DNA of 36,040 bases from Octopus bimaculoides. Taxonomy: Eukaryota. The DNA is taken from NCBI RefSeq assembly GCF_001194135.2, contig NC_068981.1:149392888-149428927 (forward strand), given 5' to 3'. A program made the position numbers and the translations under genes. Shown one piece after another: positions 12,612 to 23,856 of this stretch (position 1 is the stretch's first letter; each line of letters starts with the position of its first letter). The notes beneath the pieces are model-generated. The model ran no database searches. It was given only the letters and a program-made list of their open reading frames with translations, and had not been told where the DNA came from.

Positions 12612-12850
12612 CTCAGTCTCTCTCTGTCTGTCTTCGCCACCGCCCTCCCGTCTCTATGCCTACTATTACTCTCACCCCAGCACGAGGAAGTGCCATTGAA
12701 TAGTGAGAGAGGGGGTCAAAGTGTGGCACACTGATACACAGAAATTAGTTTTCGCATTTATTATATCAGACATACATACATACATACATACATACCTACA
12801 TACATGCATACATACATACATACACACACGTGTGTACATACATATGTATA
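12456..12850. repeat. Simple-repeat-rich block: (CT)n, (TTTC)n about 12575-12612, (CATA)n about 12770-12830
   Basis: Direct reading. Confidence 0.85.
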
Positions 12851-13844
12851 TTTATTAGATATTAGCGGCTGAGGCTGTATTATTACTGAATGGCCGTCTC
12901 TGCATCCTATTTAATAGATATTTACATATACCCCCTCATATGCAACAGAAGCAGTGTTTGATAATAAAAAAAACCACCTATGTATCATACATCAGTAAAT
13001 ACATCTTCGAAAAGTATATTTACTGCGGTATTCGTCTGGACGTGCTGTGGTTAAAATCGCAATACATACGCACACACATGTGCGTATATACGAATATCGG
13101 AGGGAGTTAAAAGCCGTTTCAGAAGAGTAACTAAGGAGAACGCCAAATACATTTCTCATCTCGTTAGGTTGTCAATAGTGTGTACTCACAGCGAGCAGCA
13201 TGCTCAGACGAAATTTATCGTCCTCGTTTTAAAAGCAAAAAGGTAATAAACATTCACTGATACTGCGCATAGCCGATCAGTTTAATAGAAATCCATTATA
13301 TGCAACAGAGCAAATGCATTAGAACAAACCTATAATAGAGTAACATAAATTAGAATTCTGTTTGCAAAACGTAAAAGTAGTAGATTACATATATCATAGC
13401 TGTCATGAATGCATGAGAACAATATGGAATATCACGGAAAATCAAACCTGAGGGTAAGTTTTGATTCTTTTTTGGATTTAATTAACTAACTTTCGTAGTA
13501 TCTTAGACAGTGCCACGTAAGACATACAAACTAATCACCATTTCCATCAAATGCGTAGTTTTGCTTTAAAAGACAAATCAATAAACGTACTGCAGAGTCT
13601 TGTGAATCAGTAACGTGGTTTAACGATGATTATATTCTTTTATCTCATTTGTTAACCGATTTACATTTAAATAAAAAGAAGAGCGAACATTAGCTCACTT
13701 GATGCAATAATTCAAGACGTATTAATTGATTGAAATAAATAATTCCAATAAAGAAAAAATCAAGGCATAAATTAATTGAAATGTATTAAACATGGAACGC
13801 AGTTGGATTTCAGTCGGATATTTAGCACTATCAGACTGAATTCC

Positions 13845-14460
13845 AAATAAAGGTGAGAAGCGATGAATTCGAGGAGATAAAGGAGTGAATATACGCCGAG
13901 ATATGGATGCTGATATCTCAAAGAAAATAAGTACAGGATGGAAGACATTTAACTCCAGAAATGATATACCCAAATCAAAGATAGACAGCGCCACATGTGC
14001 TATACACTTTATTAGTATCGTCTTACCTGCGCTTTTATACGCAAGTGAGACGTGGGCTACTAAGAAAAGGATAGAATATCGATTGACTATGAGGCAAAGA
14101 GCCATGGAAAGATCCATGCTAAGAACATAACTAAGAGAACACATTTGAAATGAAATAATTCCAGAACAGAGCAGAGTGAACGAGGTGGCCGCAGAGAACC
14201 GAAAGCACAAATTTCGCTGAACAGGATATGTTGCAATATTCACAGACAACATGTGGACCTGTGCAGTTGCCGATGGGTTTTCAAGAGATCAGAAAAGGCC
14301 ACGTGGAAGGCCATCACGACGGTGGAAAGACGATTTAGCCAAGTAATTTGGGTCAAGATAGAGAAAATAGCGCAATCAAGACAAAATTGGAAGTGCATTG
14401 TGAGTGGCAGTGTACAACAGCATCTGATGAACTGGTCGATATTGTGATACTGTGATTTAG
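13845..14460 (+). mobile_element. RTE-clade LINE, 5'-truncated decayed 3' end
   Basis: DADISKKISTGWKTFN...VLPALLYASETWATKKRIEYRLTMRQRAMERSML (ORF 13885-14130), then RDQKRPRGRPSRRWKDDLAK...AQSRQNWK. These are diagnostic RTE C-terminal motifs. It ends in a tgtgata short repeat tail. Confidence 0.9.
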
Positions 14461-15071
14461 CAATACAGTGACAACTTTGGTCATGTTTTGGTCTTATTGG
14501 ACTTCCTCAGTTAAGCATTGTCTAACTATGACTGCTATATCTTAAAATAACTACAAAACTATAACTTTTTCGTGAACGAACATCAAGTGACCTAATAACT
14601 CGAAACATCAACTGTAATAAGTTAGACCGAGACTTTGGCAGGACGAAAACTGAATAGTTAAGTGAGAATTAGCATATATACTATGGCAAATCAAAGATGT
14701 AATTCTTTTCTATTTTATCTTGAGATGATCTTTCTATGGTCGATTGAGAAGGCAAGGGACGCCCATGAACCTTCCTCAGGCCGTCGAGACTTGAAAGTTG
14801 AACAGAGGAAGCTATTTTCTCCAGAATGCTTGCAATCGTGTCAGTTCTGCTAAAGTTACCAGCGAGATGCGTTAATTCTATCATTTGTCTTGGGAAAGAG
14901 AGTTAAGAGAACCCTGATAACCGGTAAAGATAAGATCCTGTCAGTTCAATGTTAATCTCAAACTGCCAACTTCCTCATTTCGAAAGGCATCGTGGCCCTA
15001 ATTTTATAGCGAGATTAATTGCATAGGGTGGAAATGATTGACTTTCTATACAGGTATTTATAACAGATACA

Positions 15072-15218
15072 AAGGGGTGAGCTAGCAGAATTGTTAGCGT
15101 GTTGAACAGATTGTTAGCAATTTTTCGTCCGGCTTCATGTTCTGAGTTTAAATTCCGTGCAGGTGGATTTTGCCTTTCACCCTTTCGGGGTCGATAAAAT
15201 AAGTACCAGTTGAACACT
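15072..15218 (+). mobile_element. SINE family A, 3'-truncated
   Basis: ggtgagctagcagaattgttagc...gttctgagtttaaattcc...tttcggggtcgataaaataagtaccagtt. Confidence 0.8.
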
Positions 15219-15499
15219 ACAGACGAAGAAAGAAAGAAAAATCCCATGAGATAAGTTACGAAGTTAATGCTGGCTTATAAATCTTGACAAATTTGTTACT
15301 TTTTAAATTTGAAAAATAATTAAAGATTTCTTCATAACAAGTGTTATTCACATGCAAATTAGAAAAATAAATTTTAAAATGTCTGTGACGTAAACAATCA
15401 GTCTTTAAGTCTGTCTCATTATCTGCCTGTCTGATGTATGATTGCAGGTTCACCTCTTTTCTCCTTACCCTTTTTATCTCTGTTTTAATGAGCCACACA

Positions 15500-15910
<411 letters not shown>

Positions 15911-16486
15911 TACATTCTCATACATATAATTATACATTCTTCTTGCCTTTATTCACACATGCTCGCTATAATTACTGTGTTCGTACTACTCTATATGTAA
16001 ATTGGATGCAATGTACACACAAATGCGAGCCGGAATCCCAGCATCTTATTGAACGGGAAATTAATCTCTGCTCTCAGTTATATTGACTGGGTGACAGAAC
16101 GTTAGTGTTAGCAAATAATGACACGAAGCTTATTGTAGACACGTATTGCGTGACATTAGTTGATCCTTGGCGTGAACTCCGCCCACCTTTTAGGATATTG
16201 TAATTTATGTTTCGAGTGAAAATTACACGATACTGAAACAGAATCAAATTAAATAACAATAACTCAAACAGATACTATATGATAATAGTTCAAAGGTAAG
16301 AAAGCTCTTAAAGGAATTATGTATTGACGTAGAGAAATGACTAGGATCATAATATTTAGGAGCATCGACCAGAAGAAGAGTTGAATTGAAAATCCGTCTA
16401 AGGACTTCAAAGATAGCGTTAAACATCGACCTATTACATATAATGTTTATATTTCATTCTGCACAAAAAGCGAAGAAAATAATATT

Positions 16487-16892
16487 CTTTCTACCATACG
16501 CACAGAGCCTGAAATTTTGGCGGAGGTGGTAAGACGAATACTTCAACCTTAGTACTCGACTAATATCTATCCCGAAAAGCGAAGTAAACCTCGGCGGAAT
16601 TTGAATTCATGACGCAAAGACGGATGAAATGCCGCAAAGCATTTTGTCCGGCGTGATAACGATTCTGTCAGTTGCCAATTTAATAATGCTTTCTATTGTA
16701 GCCACAAAGCCTGAAGTGTTGAAGAGAGGGATGGTCGATTAAATTTACTTCAGTACTTAACTGGTACTAATTTAATCGACCTCGAAAGAATGAAAGGCAA
16801 AATCAACCACGGCAGAATTTGAACTCAGAACGTAAAGACGGACAAAATGCCATTTTGTCTGGCGGGTGACGAATCTACCCGTTTGCCACCTT
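16487..16892 (-). mobile_element. Two tandem diverged SINE family A copies (about 16487-16678 and 16689-16892)
   Basis: Each contains acctcggcggaatttgaa / accacggcagaatttgaactcagaacg and the gcacagagcc/gccacaaagcc tail type. Confidence 0.8.
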
Positions 16893-17504
16893 AATAATAA
16901 TAGTCATATTACAGCATTATGCATCTCAGAGAGATACCGTTAGCACTCTATATCACTATATAGCGGTATAATATGTTGGAGATTACTGCAATAACAGTAA
17001 ATGTAGACCTTTGGTTTTTCTAAGATTTTGTTGAGTGTAAACAAGTGATAAGGATGTTTCAGAAGTTAAGCTAACCTGTATTTCAAAATAATGTTGTTAA
17101 ATTAAATCATCAATACAATTTGCGAAGTAAAATAAGAATTTACTCCTCTTTTGTGTGTAAAAATAGCTTTCTTCATTTCTGTTTTTACATGGCGTGGAAA
17201 ATTACTCTGTTTCACCTTTCGTGATAAAAGCCTTCCGAATATTGTAATTCCAAGTTGTACAGATACGTTAAAAATAAGGTATTATTGTAGCTAGAAATAA
17301 TTCCTTCAATGAGTAAAACTACTTGCTGAAGCTTACTAAGTCTCCTACAGACAACATTAACACTATGAATTTCCTGTAAGTCATACTTTACCACCATAAG
17401 TTTTAACACTACCAGCTTCATATAAAGCAAATGAAATTGATATGTCGGCGCATATATTTGTGTATGACGGTAAGTTCTCTTCATAACTACATGGCTTAGT
17501 GTTT

Positions 17505-17600
17505 TCAATCATACTGCATGATATCGTGGGTAAGTGCCTTGTACCATAGCCTTGGGCTAACCAAAACTTTATGGTCAGACAAGTGAAAACAGCTAGAACG
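17505..17600 (+). mobile_element. Diverged SINE family B head/body fragment
   Basis: gggtaagtgccttgtaccatagccttgggctaaccaaaac resembles the recalled OR1-like body (gggcaagtgtcttctactatagcctcgggccgaccaaag). Comparison is from memory. Confidence 0.45.
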
Positions 17601-17939
17601 AGAGGAGAATAGTGAACGCTGGGAGAAATATTTTCTTTGAAAAGCGAATGGATAGAAGAGAGATAGAGAACGTCCAGTCCTTAGAACATCGTGCAAGAAA
17701 AGAAAGATGGTCATGTGAGGAAAAGAAAGATGGACGATGGTCACGTATGAGTAATGGGAGAGAGAAAAAAGAAAGAGGGGGAAAGCGAGACAGATAGAAA
17801 ACAGTGAAGTGGAGAAAAAGAGAATTAGAGAAGGATGGGGAAGAAGACAGTATAGAGTAGGGTCGCATCAAAAAGGTTAAGATAAACTTACTTGGAAATG
17901 GATGCGTGGCGTTCAATTAAATAACAATACAAATAATAT

Positions 17940-18400
17940 ATATATATATATGGGAGAATATACGAAAAAACAACAACAGACGAGGACAGGTGGTGTAAAT
18001 AACAAAAGGATGTATTAGTATGACGCTCGGGAATACGGAAAGTCTTTGACGTTTCGAGCTACGCTCTTCAACAGAAAGAATACGGAGACAAGGAGAAAAA
18101 CACGGAGAAAAAATTGAATAGTGTCCAGTCAACGGTCAATATATATATATGCATGTATGTGTACAGGACGTCAACAACTGTGTAAACAACATGAAGTACG
18201 AAAGCAAACGAGTTAAATGAGCAAACAACGAGAGAGAAAAATGGAAAACAAGACAAATAACACAGAGAACGACCCCTAATCAGTTGTCGGCTTTCTATCT
18301 TTTCCTCATTCGAGCATTAAATGACAATATGAATCTTCGAAGACATGTTTGTGTTTGTGCTCTTTCTTTACTAATAACATAATTAACCGATAAACGACTG
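17940..18400 (-). mobile_element. Penelope-like terminal repeat (pLTR) or non-autonomous derivative
   Basis: Contains the hammerhead-type motif ctgttgaagagcgtagctcgaaacgtc and a second CTGAT-like motif (18277-18283). It begins next to a (TA)n tract. The family assignment is inferred. Confidence 0.55.
18043..18079 (-). ncRNA. Minimal type-I hammerhead ribozyme-like motif (variant core)
   Basis: Minus strand reads UCUUU-CUGUUGA-A-GAGC gua GCUC-GAAA-C-GUC-AAAGA: stem I UCUUU/AAAGA, stem II GAGC/GCUC, palindromic ACGU stem III, GUC cleavage triplet. A6 of CUGANGA is U. Confidence 0.6.
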
Positions 18401-19537
18401 GTGGCTATTAAAACTCGTTTATATAATCGAACTGTACCCAGTGGTGTGTTGTAATACACACGGGGTGGTTGACGTTATTCGTAGTCGGATGCTAGTTGCT
18501 GGTAGGGGATCAGCAGTGGCGGATGTAGTACGATCCCTATGGTGTGTCGCGTGAATAATTACAGAACAGTTAAAACGAAGGGCACATTGTAGTGTACTAC
18601 AGTAATACCCAGCAGCAAACCACCAGGTAGGTGGCCATTGTCTAATGATTTCGTACAACGTCGCTAATCAGCACTCAACTAGTTTACACGCTAATATTGT
18701 CCCACATCAAGGATTCAGCGTGTATCCGCTGTGCAATGCCTATTTGTTTGGACGGGGCTCCATTAATTATAGTTTTTTTTAATGTGGAACTGCATTTCCA
18801 AATTCAAGGTGCATCTGCCACAATGCAACCCATACTATATATCGCAAACAGATATAATAAACATAATTTAATGTTTTACATTCAGTCACGATCCCCACCA
18901 CGCGTTTTGGAAAGTTCACAGTCCAATATTGGCTCTGTAATAATCTTATTGACTTTGGTGACATGAGAACTAAATTTTAACACATTTATTTAGGCAAGTC
19001 AAAATACAAGATATTTAGATTCTGTGTTCATTATCACCTTTATCTAACATAACTTTAATAACACTAAAAATTGTGATTTTTCACCTCCATTTTACAAAAA
19101 AAAAAAAAAATGTTCATGTTTTCTTTTTTCATTATCGTCATCACACATACACCACAATGCACTAAACAAACATGAGTTCCGATTATTCCTATTATTTGCC
19201 ACTTCTGTTAAAACCTTTCAAAACAAATCAATAGATTATTTGCATCTATAATGATAACATGAAAAATTTCTCCTTTTACTTATAACAATTTAAATTGAAC
19301 AATTTAACGTATTGTCTTCTGGGCTTTCCTTATTTATTGTTCACAAATTAAGACACTGTAGACATGTTATTTCAAAATGCAAATTTGGGCGAACATTTTC
19401 AAATCAAATTAACTATCTATCTACACACACACACAGACAATATAAGAATTGCAGCTTTCCATGAAGTCACCTTTACTCATTAGAATTTACCGGATGTGCA
19501 GACGGTTTCTTTTCATGCATCATTGTTCTAAAATACT

Positions 19538-19903
19538 GGTTTGAAATCTTGTCACACGGTCAGCAATTTCGGGGGAAGCGATAAATCGATTACTCCGACG
19601 CCTTCCCCGAAAGGATGAACGGCAGAGTCGACCTTGGCAAAATCTGATCTCAGAACGTGCTAACGATTCTTATTTCTTTACTGCCCACAAGGGGCTACAC
19701 ACAGAGGGGACAAACAAGGACAGACAAACGGATTAAGTCGATTATATCGACCCCAATGCGTAACTGGTACTTATTTAATCGACCCCGAAAGGATGAAAGG
19801 CAAAGTCAACCTTGGCGGAATTTGAACTCAGAACGTAGCGGCAGATGAAATACCGCTAAGCATTTCGCCCGGCGTGCTAACGATTCTGCCAGCTCACCAA
19901 CTT
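19538..19903 (-). mobile_element. Young SINE family A copy (19671-19887) nested in an older SINE-A copy
   Basis: cgtgctaacgattct occurs at 19656-19670 and 19873-19887 around the inner copy, which has the ttatttcttt...cccacaagggg tail. Confidence 0.85.
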
Positions 19904-20004
19904 AATGATTCTAAAATATTACTGAAAAAGCTGAACAATATTAAAAGTCTTGACTAAGCAGGATTTTCCAGTTAGATTGACACATTTAAACAGAGAGATT
20001 AGAG

Positions 20005-20321
20005 AGGCGTTCTCAGTCATTTTTTATCTATGGACTCCATTGATTACTATTTTATTCTGGTGGACTCCCATAGTCATTCGATGTTTAAAGACTAGTTTTA
20101 TAGAAACTTCTTTCAAAATTCCTATTTTGTTTTTCATACAATAACTTGTGTAGATTGAACTATGTAAAACGTTAGAGAAAAATACATACCTATACATACA
20201 TCTAAAGCAAAATTTTCTCAGAGACTTTTAAAATAGTATTGTGGACCATCAATTTACTATTTACCCCGCAAATCTTATATGGACCCTCAGGTAACATATG
20301 GATCCCGGTTGAGAACCACTG
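20005..20321. mobile_element. hAT-superfamily MITE
   Basis: Right TIR ggttgagaaccactg; decayed left TIR aggcgttctcagtc; 8-bp TSD gattagag (19997-20004) / gactagag (20322-20329). Confidence 0.75.
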
Positions 20322-20491
20322 GACTAGAGTAATTAAAAATTTGATTCTGGAAAGGTCTTGAGATTTCGGGAGAAAAACTTGAGGTGGTCTTGAAAAACGA
20401 AATGTAAAATAATTGGAGAAGAATGTATAATGTAAATAAATAAATAAATAAATAAAAAAGCATGTTAAAACAAAGTTATAAATTGGAAGTA

Positions 20492-20893
20492 GTGGAGACG
20501 CAATGGCCCAGTGGTTAGAGCAGCGGACTCGCGGTCATAGGATCGCGGTTTCGATTCTCAGACCGGGCGTTGTGAGTGTTTATTGAGCGAAAACACCTAA
20601 AAAGCTCCACGAGGCTCCGGCAGGGGATGGTGGCGAATCCTGCTGTACTCTTCCACCACAACTTTTTCTCACTCTTACTTCCTGTTTCTATTGTGCTTGT
20701 AATTCAAAGGGTCAGCCTTGTCACACTGTGTCACGCTGAATATCCCCGAGAACTACGTTAAGGGTACACGTGTCTGTGGAGTGCTCAGCCACTTGCACGT
20801 TAATTTCACGAGCAGGCTGTTCCGTTGATCGAATCAACTGGAACCCTCGACATCGTAAGCGACGGAGTGCCAACAACAACAACAACAACAACA
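20492..20893 (+). mobile_element. Full-length about 400-bp tRNA-derived SINE family C (probably octopus OK family)
   Basis: A box tggcccagtgg, B-box-like ggtttcgattc, (CAA)n tail, and a 14-bp TSD ataaattggaagta at 20478-20491 and 20894-20907. The family name is from recall. Confidence 0.88.
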
Positions 20894-21142
20894 ATAAATT
20901 GGAAGTATACGTTAAATAGATGTTACTTTACTAAGAAAGGACCAGAACGTTTTTCTAAAATATTAAGTTACTTGCAGAATTAGTGGCATTTCGTAAAAGA
21001 AACCCGCTATTGTATTTAGAACATTCTGAGTAGTGTTGATGTAAACAACCCTTTTCCATCTGTTCATAAATTTCGCATTTTAGATTCATTAATGTATAGT
21101 CTCTTTCTCTCGAGAACTCAATGCCAAATTAGTATCATGTTC

Positions 21143-21362
21143 AAGGCGGCGAGCTGGTAGAATCATTAGCATACCGGGCAAAATGCTTAGCAGTATTTCG
21201 TCTATCTTTAAGTTCTGAACTCAAATCCTGTGAAGGTCAACTCTGCCTTCTTCCTTTCGAGGTTGATAAAATAGGATCAGTTGAGAACTGTGGATGGATG
21301 TAATCAAATTACTGCCTACTCTGAATTTGCTGGTCTTGTGCCAAAATTTGAAACAAAATTAT
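21143..21362 (+). mobile_element. SINE family A, old-tail subtype
   Basis: aaggcggcgagctggtagaatcattagc...ggtcttgtgccaaaatttgaaac. Confidence 0.85.
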
Positions 21363-21509
21363 TATAATGTTGATGTACACTTCTCTCTGTATATGAAGGA
21401 TGATCCGTGGTTCAGGTAACGCAGCTTATCTGCGACCATGCCACCAATATTGTTTTTATGATCATAACGTGAGTCAGTTTAGTAGAACAGAATTAAGTAT
21501 AATATATCT

Positions 21510-21630
21510 TTTGACTTTCATCCTTTCGGGGTTGATAAAATAAGTAGCAGTTAAATATTGGAGTTGATTTAATCGACTTACCCAACACCCTGAAATTCTG
21601 GCCTTGTGCAAAGATTTGAAACTACTATAT
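21510..21630 (+). mobile_element. SINE family A, 5'-truncated
   Basis: ttttgactttcatcctttcggggttgataaaataagtagcagtt...ggccttgtgcaaagatttgaaac. Confidence 0.75.
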
Positions 21631-21669
21631 TATTCCCTCTTATTACATGCATTGATGTTTCTATATGTG

Positions 21670-21890
21670 TTATTTCTTTACTACCCACAAGGGGCTACAC
21701 ATAGAGGGTACAAACAGATTAAGTCGATTATATCGAGCCCCAGTGTGTAACTGGTACTTATTTAATCGACCCCGAAAGGATGAAAGGCAAAGTCGACCTC
21801 GGCGGAATTTGAACTCGGAACGTAGCGGCAGACGAAATACTGCTAAGCATTTTGCCCGGCGTGCTAACGTTTCTGCCAGCTCGCCGCCTT
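21670..21890 (-). mobile_element. SINE family A, young-tail subtype
   Basis: Near-consensus: ttatttctttactacccacaagggg...gtgctaacgtttctgccagctcgccgcc. Confidence 0.9.
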
Positions 21891-22237
21891 GTTTTTAAAT
21901 GTGTGCTATATGTGTTCTATATATGTTTCTATATGTGTGCTTCGCATTGTGCTTTCCTGAGCGTATACCTAAAGTGATGTCTAAGAAATATACGGTGCTA
22001 AGGGCTAATACTGAAATATATTTTTAGAGAGAAATTCTTGAAGTCGACATAACGGGATTTCGCGAATGTGTCTAATTATAAAACAGCCAGATAATCCAAC
22101 ATTTAATCATTTAATATAGCAATTTTCTTTTTACATAATATGCCTGCTCTCTCTCTCTCTCTCTCTCTCTGTATATATATATATATATATATCAGCGGGT
22201 AGCAAATGTCTGCGCTATAGTAGGACAGAGTACTCAC

Positions 22238-22279
22238 ATCAAATGTGTATGGCATCTGATGTTCTGAACTTGACTGTAT
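22238..22279 (-). other. Candidate 42-nt internal exon (host gene unknown)
   Basis: Minus strand: a long T tract then gttaacacAG | 42 nt | GTGAGT. It is open in phase 0 (IQSSSEHQMPYTFD) and in phase 1. Confidence 0.3.
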
Positions 22280-22921
22280 CTGTGTTAACAAAAAAAAAAA
22301 AAAAGAGAAACAGTCCTTCAATTATGTTATTGTCATTATTATAAAATTTCACACAGGTGAAATTTTGAGTACCGTTAATTAGAGAAGCAATATGAAATCA
22401 TTCGGGAATGTCAGATTGAATCAGCCATCCTAAAAGTTTTTCCCTCGAAGAATAATTTCCTCGAAATTTTTACCGAATCTAATATTTGTTTATCAATCTA
22501 TGTAAAATATCACTTTTAAATAGATTACAAATACAACATATATTGAGTACCTTCTTCATTCGTCGTCAAAAATTTGTGTTTAACTACGCACACGCACACG
22601 CACACACACGCGCGCGCGCACATGGGCGTGAATATATAAATATATAATAACCAATATATTATTAGATAAGACAATTTGATTTAACTCCATCCGACTTGAA
22701 ATTTCATTGGCTTATTACAGAAAAACTAACTTATTCACGTTCAGATGACCGAATGGAGAAATAGAGGACGTTCAAGATGGTTGCCTAAACTATACTGCTA
22801 TTGGTCAAGGCGGGCCATGAGGTGTTGACAGAAGTGAGATGAATTGGATCACGTGGCTGGACAGGAAGCTGGTGGCGTCTTGGTGTCTGGCAGGTTTTTG
22901 AACGGTAGGAACATGACCGAT

Positions 22922-22922
<1 letters not shown>

Positions 22923-22970
<48 letters not shown>

Positions 22971-23028
22971 TGAGAGAGAGAGAGAGAGAGAGAAAGAGAA
23001 AGAGAAAGAGATAGATAGATAGATTGAT

Positions 23029-23070
<42 letters not shown>
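22923..23070. repeat. Compound (TG)n/(AG)n/(GATA)n microsatellite
   Basis: Direct reading. Confidence 0.95.
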
Positions 23071-23539
23071 AGAGATGTTTAAACACATGGATGTGATTGT
23101 CTGATGTCTCTGCGTGTGTATCAGACATGACAGTCTATATCAACATACCCTGCAGGAATGATTAGTTGTACTTTTGGAATTATGTCCTTGTATATATACG
23201 TTAAAAGTCCAAGTTTGAGCTTATGTACTTTACTTCATACAGCAAAGTTAGTATATTGCTAACATCAGATGCAATAACGGATGATGGAGTAATTTCATAA
23301 AAGAAAATGAGAAATCAGTAAGAAATTTCATCCGAAGGGAATTAAGTACGAAAATATACAACTGTATACACATGCAAGGGCTCTGACATCTACAGCAGTG
23401 CATGTATATAAAATGTGGTTTAGGAAGGGTAATTTCATTTTATAAATTCTCTTTCGAACATAAAATTGGCCAAGGTTGTGTTCCTCAGATTATTCGGCTT
23501 TCATTTCAAGAAAACCGTAATATGGAGCTGGACGACTGG

Positions 23540-23812
23540 CATACATACACACATACATACATACACACATACATACATACATACATACATACATACATAC
23601 ATACATGGATACACCACACACATGTATAAACATATATATGTGTGGGGTGCTTGTGTGTGTGTGTGTGTGTGTGTGTGAGTGAATGTGTGTGTGTGAGTGT
23701 GTGTGTGTGTGTGTGCGTGTGTGTGNNNNNNNNNNNNNNNNNNNNNNNNNNNNNNNNNNNNNNNNNNNNNNNNNNNNNNNNNNNNNNNNNNNNNNNNNNN
23801 NNNNNNNNNNNN

Positions 23813-23852
<40 letters not shown>
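23540..23852. repeat. (CATA)n then (TG)n tracts spanning an 87-N gap (23726-23812)
   Basis: Direct reading. Confidence 0.95.

Positions 23853-23856
<4 letters not shown>

Noticed and set aside
14662-14884. Overlapping 63-67-aa ORFs with protein-like composition (also 29556-29738 and 17212-17508)
   Set aside because: No recognisable domain or splice support; lengths are within chance expectation.
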